Shown here one piece after another: positions 1 to 9,430 of a DNA stretch of 64,000 nt (position 1 is its first letter; each line of letters starts with the position of its first letter). Made by a program: the position numbers and the translations under genes. The notes below the pieces were generated by a model. It was not told where the DNA came from. It saw nothing but the letters and a program-made list of their open reading frames with translations, and ran no database searches. The DNA is from Candidatus Anstonellaceae archaeon (GTDB lineage Archaea > Micrarchaeota > Micrarchaeia > Anstonellales > Anstonellaceae): NCBI GenBank assembly GCA_038891035.1, contig JAWAEW010000001.1:7262-71261 (forward strand), given 5' to 3'.

Positions 1-2
1 TT

Positions 3-914
3 GCAAAAGTTGACACCACTATACCTTATGTAATCAATGTGAGTTCACATAATGCGATATATAACATAAGTTCAGTATCACCTGTTGTGATGAAACTAAC
101 CTTTAGCGAATACGTTTCACAGCCTACTGTTATTATAGACAATGCAGTTCAACCCATTAACTCGTGTGGAGACAATGACAATTCTACCTATTGCTTTAAC
201 TACCAAATTCCAACAAACACAGAAGCAGTATTCACTCTTAATATCTTTGGGGCAACCGACTTGGCCGGAAACACAATGGACATGTCTGACCAATTTAGCT
301 TCACTGTAGGAACTAAAATACCATCAATTACTTCATCTTCTCCAAACGGCGTATCTTATAACTCTTCGTCCATTCCAATTTCTGTTACCACTAATATCAA
401 TGCAACCTGCAAGTATTCATTCGCAGATGTAGATTACTCCTATATGACCTACACGTTTGCCAATACAGGTTCAGTTACCCACAATAGCACAATAACAGTA
501 CAGGAATCCGGAACTTACACCGTATATGTGCGTTGCGCAAGCATATACGGAAGTCCAATGGCTTATTCAACAACACTTTCATTCACATATAATAAACCAA
601 ACAATTACGCATACTCTAAGCAATTGAATGTAGGCTGGAATGATGTATTCCTGCCACGCATAATTCTCTCGAACTTCACTGATTTCCAGGATGGTAACTT
701 CACTGTAGAAAACGTCCTTTCAAAAGGAGGAATTCAAGGCAAATACGATTTTGTCTACTATCGAAACGGTTCAGCATGTCCATCTCAAAATGGATCTTGC
801 TGGCTCTCGTACGATCCGAACGATGACATAAACTCTTTACAAGAATTCAATGACTGGGATAACTTACCTTTCTGGATTCACATGACCGAAAGTGGTTTAC
901 TTGCCTTCAATTAA
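3..914 (+). CDS. Secreted/surface protein, C-terminal part (Ig-like modules, C-terminal 'LxxGWN' domain); 5' end lies outside the window
   Basis: Frame is open from base 3 (AKVDTTIPYVINVSS...). Ser/Thr/Asn-rich beta-type sequence with DTTxP and 'DLAGN' Ig-like signatures and LNVGWNDVFLP...FWIHMT. T-rich tract follows the stop. Confidence 0.6.
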   Translation, partial: AKVDTTIPYVINVSSHNAIYNISSVSPVVMKLTFSEYVSQPTVIIDNAVQPINSCGDNDNSTYCFNYQIPTNTEAVFTLNIFGATDLAGNTMDMSDQFSFTVGTKIPSITSSSPNGVSYNSSSIPISVTTNINATCKYSFADVDYSYMTYTFANTGSVTHNSTITVQESGTYTVYVRCASIYGSPMAYSTTLSFTYNKPNNYAYSKQLNVGWNDVFLPRIILSNFTDFQDGNFTVENVLSKGGIQGKYDFVYYRNGSACPSQNGSCWLSYDPNDDINSLQEFNDWDNLPFWIHMTESGLLAFN

Positions 915-951
915 TTTTTTTTCTTTTTATTTATTTTTATAGAGGTGTGAT

Positions 952-2496
952 ATGAAGTACATCTATTTCCTCATTGCATTTCTGTTTTTAGCCCCCTTTT
1001 CTTTAGGATATGAAGGTCTGGGTGATTGGATTGGCCAGGTTTTAATAAACGATCAAATAGCTCCGGATGGGACTCAAATTTGTGCATATGTTAACGGTGT
1101 AGAAAATTCGAGAACTACAGTCGGAGCCTATGCTCCAGGCTATTACCTTATTACAGTTGTAGGAAAAACAGGTGATAATGTCACCTTTGCCGTATTTTGT
1201 GACTCAAAATTCTTAGTCAATAGCACTTTTTCATGGGCTCCCAGCCCTCCAAGACATAAGCTTAATCTTTCTATTCCGTATTCATCAACTGTTGGTGACA
1301 TCTCTTCAATAAATTATAATGGTAATCTTTCATCTGTACAAATAAACGGTTCTCCGCTTAGTCAAACACAATACTATAGCGATGTTCAGAACGTCTCAAT
1401 AGAAAGCAATGAAGGACCCCTTGTCATATTTCCATTCAATTTTACTGAAGATTATCTAAATCTTTCAAAAATAAACATTTCTACGGGTACATATGGCCAA
1501 AAGGCATACATATCTGTCAGCGGCATAAAAGCAGCAGGGAAAAAATCTCTATTTCTCTATAATGTTACTCAAAGCTATAATGGAATTTGTGTAAAGGATG
1601 CGGAAGGAGTTTCATACTTAGATATATCAGAGAGTTGTACAGGTTCAAATGAAACATTTGTCCCCTGTCCAGGCAGCACTAGTGGCATTATCTGTTCAAA
1701 ATCAGGCAACAGTCTTTCTGTATCAGGTCTTTCCAATTCAGCTGTTATTCAATTTAATATCCCCTCCTCATCTTCAGGTGGAGGATCTGGAAGCTCAGGT
1801 AGCAGCAGTTCAACCTCCAGTGGAGGAGGAGGCGGAGGAGGAGGCGGCGGAGTAGCAGGTCCTGCCTCTTCACGTCTTACTTCATCCCACGTTGTTGATA
1901 TAGGTATAGCAAACTGCACTATTCAGATAAGTAGAGAGATATCTTCAAGCAACACTTCCTCAGTGGTCAGCACAGTGCTGAAAAATACAGGTGATGAAAT
2001 CTGCGATTTGAAGGATTTCGTTTTTGCAGACACAATTCCAGCAAACTTTGCTGCGATCAACGAGATTTCGTTTACCCCGCAATATTCTTCCAGAGAAGGA
2101 TGGAAAGTCATATTTAGCTTCCCGTCATTCTCTCCTGGCGAGTCAAAAGCTATAGCTTACAAAGTGAATGGCTGGGTGCCGCCATCCAGACTGCAAAACT
2201 TCACAACAGTTGAAGTTTATGCAAAGAAAGTTGTAGCTTCACAACAGCCTCAAGAACAACCACAGCAGCCACAACCTCAACCACAGCCTCCTCAGCCGCA
2301 GCCAACACAACCACCAGCCCAAAAAGAAACAGGAGATGAAAAAGCTCAACAGTCCTCTGCACCACCAATCCCTCAGCCTCAATCACAGGAGCCTGATATA
2401 GTGCCGATTGCATTGGCAGCTTTCATAGTTTTTGCCGGAATTGCTGTAGCAGTAGCAGTGATTTACTTTACTGTAAAAAGAAAAATGAGACCGTAA
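952..2496 (+). CDS. Membrane-anchored surface glycoprotein
   Basis: RBS GAGGTG. Signal peptide, many N-x-S/T sequons, Ser/Gly linker, Pro/Gln-rich stalk, C-terminal TM helix plus KRKMRP. Confidence 0.7.
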   Translation: MKYIYFLIAFLFLAPFSLGYEGLGDWIGQVLINDQIAPDGTQICAYVNGVENSRTTVGAYAPGYYLITVVGKTGDNVTFAVFCDSKFLVNSTFSWAPSPPRHKLNLSIPYSSTVGDISSINYNGNLSSVQINGSPLSQTQYYSDVQNVSIESNEGPLVIFPFNFTEDYLNLSKINISTGTYGQKAYISVSGIKAAGKKSLFLYNVTQSYNGICVKDAEGVSYLDISESCTGSNETFVPCPGSTSGIICSKSGNSLSVSGLSNSAVIQFNIPSSSSGGGSGSSGSSSSTSSGGGGGGGGGGVAGPASSRLTSSHVVDIGIANCTIQISREISSSNTSSVVSTVLKNTGDEICDLKDFVFADTIPANFAAINEISFTPQYSSREGWKVIFSFPSFSPGESKAIAYKVNGWVPPSRLQNFTTVEVYAKKVVASQQPQEQPQQPQPQPQPPQPQPTQPPAQKETGDEKAQQSSAPPIPQPQSQEPDIVPIALAAFIVFAGIAVAVAVIYFTVKRKMRP

Positions 2497-2508
2497 AGTT
2501 GAGGCCTT

Positions 2509-3510
2509 ATGAAGCGGCTAGCCTTATTCCTTTTAGCTTTATTTTCATCATTTTTTGCGTTTAGTTTGGAGGATTTTGTCCCAGAAAACATGAGTTATAA
2601 AGTTGAAAATTTCACCTACGATCGCGCAGTTGTTCAAGCGGTAGTGGTGGAAGGTCAGCTTTATGCATTTCTGGAGAATGGCAACCCTGTCCTTGACATT
2701 CAAAAAATCCAAGAAATGCTGCGTTCGTATTTCATCTGGCAGGGATATTCCCCAACTTCAATTCTTGAGTTTGAAAAAATACACTCAGACATAGTGAAGA
2801 TAAAAGATGCAAGAAAGCCAGGTGAAAACCAATGCAGAGTATTTGTTGGCACAGACAGAAACCCCTGCACTAACTTCGACGAATGCCAAAAAGCTTGCTA
2901 TTCTGTCACTTCCATGTGCCAACCCATGGCTTTCGGAGGCGGAAAGCCATTTATTTATGCAATTTTGGACTTTGAAAATCAAACCAAGATGCTTGATGCT
3001 GCCTATGAAAAAGAGGAGCAGGCTTATCAACAGCTTTCCTCAAACCCAAGCCGCCAAACAGTTGAAGCATACCTTCTTTCCTTGCAGGAAATAAATAAGC
3101 AGGCAACAAAAGCATCTTCAAATCAGCTCTTTGATTATTATTTCTTCTGCTTTACACCTGATTATGCTTTACCTAACATCACAGCAGCTCAGCTTGCAGC
3201 ACAAAAGGCCTATGCAAATCTCTCGCGCTTTTTTGAAATAGAAAACATTTCAGCGCAAATCCTAAACCTCACCAAATACGGCATGATGAAGGTTGAATAT
3301 CTGCAAAGTCTGCGCCAGCCGCCACAAAACACATCTTTCGTCACTCAAAATTATACAACCAACATCACACAAAGCAAGCCAATGCAGTCAAAACTTGAAA
3401 CTGAAGAAAAATACCTAAACCCAGCCATCTTGATTGTTGCCTCAATCTTTGCTTTTGCCGTGGTGATTTTAGTAGTTTTTGCGTTTTTCAGGCTTCGCAG
3501 AAGGCTGTGA
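2509..3510 (+). CDS. Hypothetical exported protein with Cys cluster and C-terminal TM anchor
   Basis: Signal peptide, CRVFVGTDRNPCTNFDECQKACYSVTSMC cluster, TM helix plus RLRRRL. Confidence 0.6.
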   Translation: MKRLALFLLALFSSFFAFSLEDFVPENMSYKVENFTYDRAVVQAVVVEGQLYAFLENGNPVLDIQKIQEMLRSYFIWQGYSPTSILEFEKIHSDIVKIKDARKPGENQCRVFVGTDRNPCTNFDECQKACYSVTSMCQPMAFGGGKPFIYAILDFENQTKMLDAAYEKEEQAYQQLSSNPSRQTVEAYLLSLQEINKQATKASSNQLFDYYFFCFTPDYALPNITAAQLAAQKAYANLSRFFEIENISAQILNLTKYGMMKVEYLQSLRQPPQNTSFVTQNYTTNITQSKPMQSKLETEEKYLNPAILIVASIFAFAVVILVVFAFFRLRRRL

Positions 3511-3581
3511 ATTTTTGCTGAGAGGTCCTAATTAAAAATCTTGCTATTTTAATTTTTATATAATATTTTTTAGGTGTTATA

Positions 3582-4901
3582 ATGAAGCGAATCAAAATAA
3601 CCCCAAGCAAAGGCAAGCTAGGTGTTCTTTTGCCGGGCCTTGGCGCAGTTTCGACCACTTTTATTGCAGGAGTAATGCTTTGCAGAAAAGGGCTTGCCAA
3701 GCCTATTGGCAGCGTTTCCCAAATGCAGGCAATTAGGTTGGGAAGAAGAGATGAGAACAACTGCCCAAAAATAAATGACATCCTGCCTTTGGCAGGTCTT
3801 TCTGACTTGGAGTTTGCTTCATGGGACATCTTTCCTGACAATGCCTATCAGGCAGCCTGCAAAGCAGAAGTCCTATCAAGTCATCATCTTTCGCTTGTAA
3901 AGCAAGAGCTTGAGCAGGTTGTTCCAATGCCCGCAGTCTTCGACCCTTCTTATGTAAGTAACATAAGTGGACCTAATGTGAAACGTGCAAAAAGCAAGCT
4001 TGAGCTTGCAGAGATGCTAAGGCAAGACATACGAGAATTCAAGCGCAAATCCAAAGTTTCAAGGATGGTAATGATTTGGTGCGCAAGCACAGAGCGCTTT
4101 CAAGAGATTCAACCAATCCACCAATCCCTTGAGGAATTTGAGAGGGGATTGGAAGAAAATCATCCATCCATTTCGCCTTCCATGATTTATGCTTATGCTG
4201 CGCTTTGCGAGGGCGTGCCATATGTGAATGGCGCTCCCCACTTGACAGTTGATATACCTGCATTGGTTGAATTGGCAGAAAAGAAAAAAATTGCAATTGC
4301 AGGCAAGGACTTCAAAACAGGCCAAACTCTGCTTAAAACAGCAGTTGCCCCGATGTTCAAATACCGCATGCTTGGGCTTTCTGGGTGGTTTTCCACCAAT
4401 ATCTTAGGGAATCGCGACGGACTAGTGCTTTCCGATCAAGGCTCATTCAAAAGCAAGGAAGCCTCCAAAAAATCTGCGCTTGAATTTATTCTCCAGCCAC
4501 ACCTTTATCCCGAACTCTACAAAAACATGTACCATAAAGTTCGCATTGAGTATTATCCTCCAAAAAAAGATAACAAAGAAGCCTGGGATAGTATAGATCT
4601 ATTCGGATGGCTTGGATATCCAATGGAACTCAAGCTCAACTTTCTCTGTCGCGACAGCATACTTGCAGCACCAATTGTCCTTGATTTGGCATTGTTTATT
4701 GATCTTGCCCAGCGAGCAGGGATGAAAGGCATCCAAGAATGGCTTTCATTTTATTTCAAAGCCCCAATGCACGCACCCTCGGTCTATCCTGAACATGACT
4801 TAGCAATACAGCATCTAAAGCTGAAAAATACTTTGCGCTATTTGGCAGGTTATGAACCACTGACTCATCTTGGGCTGGAATATTACGATTACTGGGATTA
4901 G
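3582..4901 (+). CDS. ino1: myo-inositol-1-phosphate synthase
   Basis: GLGAVST Rossmann motif, NGAP, GKDFKTGQT, NILGNRDG, RDSILAAPIVLDL. Confidence 0.95.
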   Translation: MKRIKITPSKGKLGVLLPGLGAVSTTFIAGVMLCRKGLAKPIGSVSQMQAIRLGRRDENNCPKINDILPLAGLSDLEFASWDIFPDNAYQAACKAEVLSSHHLSLVKQELEQVVPMPAVFDPSYVSNISGPNVKRAKSKLELAEMLRQDIREFKRKSKVSRMVMIWCASTERFQEIQPIHQSLEEFERGLEENHPSISPSMIYAYAALCEGVPYVNGAPHLTVDIPALVELAEKKKIAIAGKDFKTGQTLLKTAVAPMFKYRMLGLSGWFSTNILGNRDGLVLSDQGSFKSKEASKKSALEFILQPHLYPELYKNMYHKVRIEYYPPKKDNKEAWDSIDLFGWLGYPMELKLNFLCRDSILAAPIVLDLALFIDLAQRAGMKGIQEWLSFYFKAPMHAPSVYPEHDLAIQHLKLKNTLRYLAGYEPLTHLGLEYYDYWD

Positions 4902-4902
4902 G

Positions 4903-5493
4903 ATGCTTAAAAGCAAGTTTGCAGCTCATTTCCAAAAAGTCGCAGATAGGCTAAGCTGGATTCCTTTTTCCCCAAACCAGTTAACCATGCTTTCTATAGG
5001 ATTGGCTTTAATTGGGTTTGCCCTCGCTTTCTTTGGCATATTTTTGGCTTCTCTTGCTTTTTTTGCAGCATCCGCTTTCATGGATGCTTTAGATGGCGCG
5101 CTTGCTCGAGCAAGAAAGCAGACAAGTGCAAAAGGGGCTTATTTAGATGGGATCGCAGATCGAATAGTGGAATTTTTGCTTGTGGCCTCATTTTTCTTTT
5201 TTGACTTGTCCTCCTTCCTAATCCCCATGCCGCTTGTTTTGTTTTCGATTCTGTTTTTTGGCTCCACTATGACTGCCTTTGCAACTGCATATGCACATCA
5301 TAGAAAAGTTGCAGATGAGAAAAAAATTCAAAATCAGCCTCGCCTGCTTGAAAGAGCAGAGCGCGTTCTTCTTTTGCTTTTCGCCTTTCTTTTAGCAATT
5401 TTTGTTCCACAGATTGCCTTTTTCATTCTTTTTGTCATTCTAATTCTATCATTTTTGACATTTTTTGCCAGAGTCATTTACTTTTACACTTAA
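4903..5493 (+). CDS. CDP-alcohol phosphatidyltransferase (probable archaetidylinositol-phosphate synthase)
   Basis: PNQLT and DALDGALAR...GAYLDGIADR signature. ATG 1 nt after the ino1 stop. Confidence 0.88.
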   Translation: MLKSKFAAHFQKVADRLSWIPFSPNQLTMLSIGLALIGFALAFFGIFLASLAFFAASAFMDALDGALARARKQTSAKGAYLDGIADRIVEFLLVASFFFFDLSSFLIPMPLVLFSILFFGSTMTAFATAYAHHRKVADEKKIQNQPRLLERAERVLLLLFAFLLAIFVPQIAFFILFVILILSFLTFFARVIYFYT

Positions 5494-5507
5494 TTCTTTG
5501 CCGTCTT

Positions 5508-5984
5508 TTATCCTTTATAGTTCTTCTCTTCATTTTTATCTTTCTCTTTAGTAGTCTCATCAACGGTATTTTTTATTGTTTGGGCTATATTTTGATCCAT
5601 TTGCCTGAGTAGTTCACTTATCCAGTCTCGCTTCTTCTTTTCTATGTTCACCTGTATAAAGATTGGTACAAAGATTTCATTTAACATTGAGTTTTCGAAT
5701 ACTCGTTTTAGGAATTCCTCTAATATACCATCACTTTTTAGGCGGTCAAAAAACTCCTTCATTTGTCGTTCGTCTGAGATGCTATAAGTTTTATCTCGGT
5801 ATGTAACAGTTCTATTCTTAAGCTTAACACAAATTTCTTCGCCTTTTACTCCAAGCCATAGTTCTGTTGATGTTAAAGACTGTTCTCTGTTCTCTAAATT
5901 TTTCCTTCCTCGTTCTAGAAACCCATCTTTCAATTCTTTATTCATTGGATTCTGCTGAATTTGAACCTTTCCCATCGTTTCCAT
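5508..5984 (-). CDS. Hypothetical protein
   Basis: 158-aa charged ORF. GGAGTGA RBS in the end of the upstream gene. Confidence 0.55.
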   Translation of the reverse strand: METMGKVQIQQNPMNKELKDGFLERGRKNLENREQSLTSTELWLGVKGEEICVKLKNRTVTYRDKTYSISDERQMKEFFDRLKSDGILEEFLKRVFENSMLNEIFVPIFIQVNIEKKKRDWISELLRQMDQNIAQTIKNTVDETTKEKDKNEEKNYKG

Positions 5985-6833
5985 TTACTTCACTCCTAAT
6001 TTTACTCCAATCGACATCCATTCCGGCATATTTTTATCTCTCACATACAAAAAGTTTGGATTATCTCTGTCGACCTCAAATTTTGGATTCTCTAATTCTA
6101 AAGGCACACCCCCACTTACTTTTTCATACAATACCGATGCAACACCTCCCTCGTCAAATCCGATTACCGCAGTGCGACTGGTTGCAAAAAGATAGCCATC
6201 CTCAGTTACTCCGATTTGATCTTTTCCAAGAAGAATTCGACTCTTGTCAGGTGTTCTGTTATAAGACATTCCAATCCTAGGCTCACCATCAGGTGTTTTT
6301 GTCGTTACCAAAACTGCCAAGACACTGTAATCAAATATCAAATATGCAACCTCTCCTACTTCCTTTACTCTTGCATAAAGAATCATCCTTATTTGTTCAT
6401 CTCTAAGTTTCTTTACCTCTTCTTTTTTTTCATTATTATACTTTTCTCCCATCGTCTCCAATAGATCAACTTTACCATATCTATATTCTCCTTTATAGTA
6501 ATAATTATGCATTGTTAGTTCTCCATTGTTCAGTTCTACATCAAAATACGGGTAGCCTCTGATTTCGCATTTGTATTTTGGCTTATATGGCTTTTTTTGT
6601 ACATCTTGGGCATAGGTCTTTGCTGGACCCATGTCAATCTGATAAGAGTTGAAATTGGGTGAAAAGAATGTCATAGCAACAATGGATGCGCCCAATAGAC
6701 CAAGCTTTAGTTTGCTTTTTGTCCTTTCAAATGCTTCCTTGAATTTGCGCCTCAAGGCAGATTCGCTTCTGGGCAGTGGCGATTTATGAACTCCCCTCAT
6801 TTCATTCATCTGCATGAAATCACCGATCGCCAT
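5985..6833 (-). CDS. Hypothetical protein with basic N-terminus and one hydrophobic segment (probably exported)
   Basis: 282-aa ORF. LRRKFK followed by LGLLGASIVAMTFF. Confidence 0.6.
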   Translation of the reverse strand: MAIGDFMQMNEMRGVHKSPLPRSESALRRKFKEAFERTKSKLKLGLLGASIVAMTFFSPNFNSYQIDMGPAKTYAQDVQKKPYKPKYKCEIRGYPYFDVELNNGELTMHNYYYKGEYRYGKVDLLETMGEKYNNEKKEEVKKLRDEQIRMILYARVKEVGEVAYLIFDYSVLAVLVTTKTPDGEPRIGMSYNRTPDKSRILLGKDQIGVTEDGYLFATSRTAVIGFDEGGVASVLYEKVSGGVPLELENPKFEVDRDNPNFLYVRDKNMPEWMSIGVKLGVK

Positions 6834-6874
6834 AATTTCTACAAACTACCAATATTTAATACTTCCGTTGAGGG

Positions 6875-7573
6875 TCATCCTGCTTTGCGAAGCAAAAGCT
6901 GCCGCCCTTTGCTTGTCAAGCGGTAAAAGACGAACTTTTTTCCAGGCCGTTCTATCCTTTCAACCATACCTTCCCGGACAAGCTCTTCAAGATGCTCAGT
7001 TATGGTGGATTTGCTTTTTCCCAGCCTAGCAGAAAGGTCGGTTGGGATTCTATCTGCTTCAAAAAGCTGTCGAAGTATTTCCGCCTTAGTCCCACTTTCA
7101 AAAGCCCGCTGAGGCTTCTGAAGAAGCGCAAACGCAATTGCAAAAATAAGAATCAACCCAGCAATGATTGGAAGCACATCGAATTCTTTTTCTTGTCTGG
7201 GTTCTGCCTTCTTTTGTACAAAAACTACAGCGGTCCTTTGCTGCAGCCCAGCACAGCTTTCATCCAGACAGCCCATCCACTGTCCCTCAGGACTACAATA
7301 ATACATTCTGAATCCTTCAGCTTTAGGAACGCAGGCGGTTGCAAGAATCCCTTTTCTTTTCAGAAGCAAAATCTCCTCAACTAATGCGGTTTCAGTTGCT
7401 TGCGGCCCGAAAACCTGCACAGTTATAGGATTGGCCGACACCATCACAGTATAGTTTCCAAAAGACCCCTGGTAAGAGATTTCCTGCACTGCAGCAGAGG
7501 ATTCATCTGAAAAATATGCGATATATGAAGTAGAAGTAACCGAAGCAAAAAGCAAGAATATCGCGGCTATCAT
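6875..7573 (-). CDS. Membrane-anchored ArsR/winged-helix transcription factor
   Basis: Signal-like N-terminus, extracellular domain, TM (VLPIIAGLILIFAIAFALL), C-terminal wHTH (TDLSARLGKSKSTITEHLEELVREG...FYRLT). Confidence 0.75.
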   Translation of the reverse strand: MIAAIFLLFASVTSTSYIAYFSDESSAAVQEISYQGSFGNYTVMVSANPITVQVFGPQATETALVEEILLLKRKGILATACVPKAEGFRMYYCSPEGQWMGCLDESCAGLQQRTAVVFVQKKAEPRQEKEFDVLPIIAGLILIFAIAFALLQKPQRAFESGTKAEILRQLFEADRIPTDLSARLGKSKSTITEHLEELVREGMVERIERPGKKFVFYRLTSKGRQLLLRKAG

Positions 7574-7604
7574 AATTTTTTGCTTTTCTTTCGTGTTTAA
7601 ATTC

Positions 7605-7621
7605 GTTCGGTTTTTGTTCGG
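7605..7621 (-). promoter_or_regulatory. Direct repeat CCGAAC-N5-CCGAAC just upstream of a TTTAAA box
   Basis: GTTCGG at 7605-7610 and 7616-7621 on +. TTTAAA at 7596-7601, about 25 nt before the ArsR-like start. Confidence 0.4.
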
Positions 7622-7819
7622 CTATGGCTTGGCAAGCCTTATGTCTGATGCAGTAACTGTTTTTCTGCCTGCATGTTTTGCAAATTTTATTGCCTTGACA
7701 GAAATTTCCAGGCCTATCTTTTCCAGTATCTCTGCAAGTTCAATAGCGGCGCTATTGCTTACCCTGTCTGCTCCAGCCTCCCTTATTATTTTTTCAACAG
7801 GAGCCTTCGGCAGTATCAT
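7622..7819 (-). CDS. Archaeal histone (HMf-like)
   Basis: [19 protein letters not shown]...[14 protein letters not shown]. Confidence 0.95.
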   Translation of the reverse strand: MILPKAPVEKIIREAGADRVSNSAAIELAEILEKIGLEISVKAIKFAKHAGRKTVTASDIRLAKP

Positions 7820-7871
7820 GGATGAATTTTATCTCATAACATAATTAAATACTACCTTTCAATTTCCTTGC

Positions 7872-9404
7872 GTGGCAGCATTTAACTTAAAAGACAGCAT
7901 TATTCCGCGCGCTTATCAGCTTGCAATAGCAAATTCTGCACTTTCTGCAAACACCTTAGTAGTTCTCCCGACAGGACTAGGAAAAACACTAATTGCCTTT
8001 CTTGTCATGCAAGAACAGCTCAAGAAAGGCAAAGTGTTCTTCCTTGCGCCCACCAAGCCGCTTGTGCTTCAACACCTGCAAAGCTTCCTTCAGGCAACTG
8101 ATTTTCCTCCAGAGCATGCTGCTGCAATAACAGGAGAAATCAGGCCAAAAGACCGAATTGCCCTCTGGCAAAAGCAAGTGTGTTTTTCTACCCCGCAGAC
8201 CCTTCAAAATGACATTATCGCAGGAAGGTGCAGCCCTATCTGTTCACTTTGTGTGATTGATGAAGCTCATCGTGCGGTTGGAAAATATGCATACACGTTT
8301 GTTGCCCAGGAATGCTCTAAACATGGGGCACTCATTTTAGGGCTAACTGCCTCGCCGGGTGGAGACAAAAAAAGGATTCAACAGATAGTGGACGCGTTGG
8401 GAATCAAAAACATAGAAATCCGCACCCACTCTGACCCAGATGTGTCCCCATATGTCAAGCCACTTGAAATATCATATATAAAAGTGCCTCTTGGCAAGAG
8501 ATTTTCAGAAGTACGAAGGCAGCTTGAGCTGATTCTTGCAGAACACGCAAAGCATCTTGCAAATATGGGTTTTCCCCCGCCTCTTCGCTCAAAAAAAGGA
8601 CTGCTTCAGCTGAGGGAAAAGATCCTTCAGTCTCCTTCGAAATCCAGATACTCTGCTCTTTCATATTATACAAGCATTTTCAACTTAGTACATATGCTTG
8701 AGCTTATCGAAACCCAGGGTCTTGCCACCTTCCTTTCATATGTTCAGAAATTGCAGCAGAAGGCAGAAAGTAGGGCGAAACGGAGGCTCTTTTCAGATGA
8801 AAGGTTCAAGATTGCACTTGAGCTTTGCCAATCGGCACAAGAGCACCCTAAGCTGGAGCGTCTCCTTCAGCTTGTCTCGCAGCGAAAAGGCGAAAAAATA
8901 CTGATCTTTGCCCAGTATAGAAAACAGGTTGAAACAATCGTGGAGGCTTTGCGCTCAAAAGGCATCCCAGCAGAACGCTTCCTTGGAAAGAAAGAAGGAG
9001 TGACATTTGAGGAGCAAAAGAAGACCCTGGAGAGGTTCAGAACCGGAGAATTTGATGTTCTGGTTGCTACCTCTATAGGTGAGGAAGGATTAGATATACC
9101 TTCAGTGGATACTGTAGTTTTCTTTGAGCCTATTCCATCGGAAATTCGCTCTATTCAAAGAAGAGGAAGAGCAGGCAGGTTGAAAATGGGCAGAGTCTTT
9201 GTGCTGATAACCGAAGGCACAAAAGACGAAGCCTCTTTCCGCTCATCAACAAAAAAAGAAGAAAATATGAAAAGGATTGTCCAGCGCCTTAAGGCAAGTG
9301 TGAAACAAGATAATCCTGCAGAAGCGTCTTCCATAGCAAAAAGGGAAGGCTCTCAGTCAAGGCCAAAGCGGCCTCCTCGCCAGATGAAGCTGACGGACTT
9401 TTAA
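7872..9404 (+). CDS. Hef/FANCM-like DEAH helicase without ERCC4 nuclease domain
   Basis: PRAYQ, PTGLGKT, DEAH, TASPG, EEGLDIP, QRRGRAGR. C-terminal PIP box QMKLTDF. Confidence 0.9.
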   Translation: MAAFNLKDSIIPRAYQLAIANSALSANTLVVLPTGLGKTLIAFLVMQEQLKKGKVFFLAPTKPLVLQHLQSFLQATDFPPEHAAAITGEIRPKDRIALWQKQVCFSTPQTLQNDIIAGRCSPICSLCVIDEAHRAVGKYAYTFVAQECSKHGALILGLTASPGGDKKRIQQIVDALGIKNIEIRTHSDPDVSPYVKPLEISYIKVPLGKRFSEVRRQLELILAEHAKHLANMGFPPPLRSKKGLLQLREKILQSPSKSRYSALSYYTSIFNLVHMLELIETQGLATFLSYVQKLQQKAESRAKRRLFSDERFKIALELCQSAQEHPKLERLLQLVSQRKGEKILIFAQYRKQVETIVEALRSKGIPAERFLGKKEGVTFEEQKKTLERFRTGEFDVLVATSIGEEGLDIPSVDTVVFFEPIPSEIRSIQRRGRAGRLKMGRVFVLITEGTKDEASFRSSTKKEENMKRIVQRLKASVKQDNPAEASSIAKREGSQSRPKRPPRQMKLTDF

Positions 9405-9430
9405 AAAGGCTTTCCTGTGTTATTAAGGGC

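Noticed and set aside
5982-5987. Stop-codon readthrough fusing the two in-frame orphan ORFs
   Set aside because: A GGAGTGA RBS precedes the second ATG, so independent initiation explains the layout.
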